A stretch of DNA of 64,000 nt from the NCBI RefSeq assembly GCF_004010195.1, contig NC_057718.1, forward strand, positions 32,806,203 through 32,870,202. Reading direction: 5' to 3'. Below, piece by piece: positions 62,940 to 64,000 of this stretch; the stretch's first letter is position 1, and the number at the start of each line of letters is the position of its first letter. The position numbers and the translations under genes were made by a program. This DNA comes from Chiloscyllium plagiosum. Lineage: Eukaryota. The notes under the pieces were generated by a model that did no database searches, had not been told where the DNA came from, and worked only from the letters and a program-made list of their open reading frames with translations.

Positions 62940-64000
62940 AAGAGAGGGGCAGTCCCAGACTTCATTTTAGGGATGGAAGTGTGGCAACTATCAGTGGGGG
63001 AGGGGGGAGGGGGGGGGCAGGGAAACTTTCAGATAGTGATCGTAACCTGGTGAGATTAAAGATTGTTATGGAAAAAGACAAGGATGAGCTTAAAATCAAA
63101 GTTCTAAACTTGCGAAAAGGTCGATTTTATTAAGATCAGACATGATTTGGCCAAAGTTGTCTGGGAGTGGATACTTTCAGATAAATCGGTGTCAGAACAG
63201 CACGATACATTCAAACATGAAATGGGAAGAGTACAGGGCCAACATGTTCCAATAAAGATAAAGGGTGCAACCAACAAATCCAGTGAGCTTGGGATATGGA
63301 GAGGTATACAGGATTGGATAAAGAGAATGACAGAGGCTGATGACAGCCACCAAAGACTCAAACAGTAAAAACACTGGAGAATACAAAATGTGCATGGGGA
63401 TCTTAAATATATACATTGGGAGAGCTAAAAGTGGGAAATGGAAGGATTACTGCAGATAAAATAAAGGAAAATCCTAGCTTATTTTACAAGTGCATTAACA
63501 ATAAAAGGATAACTAGGGAAACAGTAGTACTCTTAAGGACCACAGTGGAAAATTGTCCATGCATCCAGAAGACATAAGTAAGGTTCTAAACTAATACTTC
63601 CAGTCGGTGTTGATTAGTGAGAGGAATGGTGTGGGTATAGAAATCAGTGAGAACTGTGTTTTAATTAAAAGAAATTACCAAGACAGGAGAAAGGAGGTTG
63701 AGTGATCTGGTGGGCTTAAAAGAAGATAAATCTCCAGGAGCAGATGAAATGTACCGAATTGTTGAGTGATGAAGGGCTGTGCCTAAAACTCAGTTGCTGC
63801 CCGACCTGCTTTTTTTTTCCAGCACCACACTTTCAAAACTATTGTGTGAGGCAGGGCAGGAAATAACAGAGGCACTGGCAATAATTCTCACTTGCCGTCT
63901 GACCACAGGAAGGGTGCCAGAGAACTGGAGGACAGCCAATGTGGGACCATTATTCAAGAAAGGAGCAAGGGATAAATGAGGAAACTTCAGGCCAGTCAGT
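62940..64000 (+). mobile_element. CR1 ORF2 fragment running off the window
   Basis: SDSDRNLV, EQHDTFKHEMGRVQGQHVP, DKSPGADEM, PENWRTANVGPLFKKG; contains a small Penelope-type insert near 63765-63835. Confidence 0.88.

Overview
Vertebrate nuclear DNA, most likely a shark: the repeats resemble elasmobranch HE1/V-SINEs, Deu-domain SINEs, CR1 LINEs and Penelope-like elements. The assignment is by recognition, not database search. The window holds two genes. RHOQ (TC10 Rho GTPase) is complete on +, with 5 coding exons over 14594-34499 giving 206 aa ending CINCCMIT. The last two coding exons of PIGF are on - (60673-60781 and 34976-35089). The genes are tail-to-tail: the PIGF stop lies 476 bp beyond the RHOQ stop, and two opposite poly(A) signals sit 6 bp apart between them. 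Most of the rest is decayed, often nested retroelements. Signals worth a second look: (1) minimal hammerhead-ribozyme motifs in three Penelope-type families, one with an intact core, plus short hairpin-forming mini-insertions with 11-13 bp TSDs; (2) four scars of local template switching (a 230-bp inverted copy, 22-bp and 13-bp templated patches, a 21-bp micro-inversion); (3) a ~60-bp minisatellite inside an old Deu-SINE; (4) uORFs ahead of RHOQ. I see no clearly new multi-gene system and no CRISPR, rRNA or true tRNA. Exon coordinates were counted by hand; repeat boundaries are approximate.
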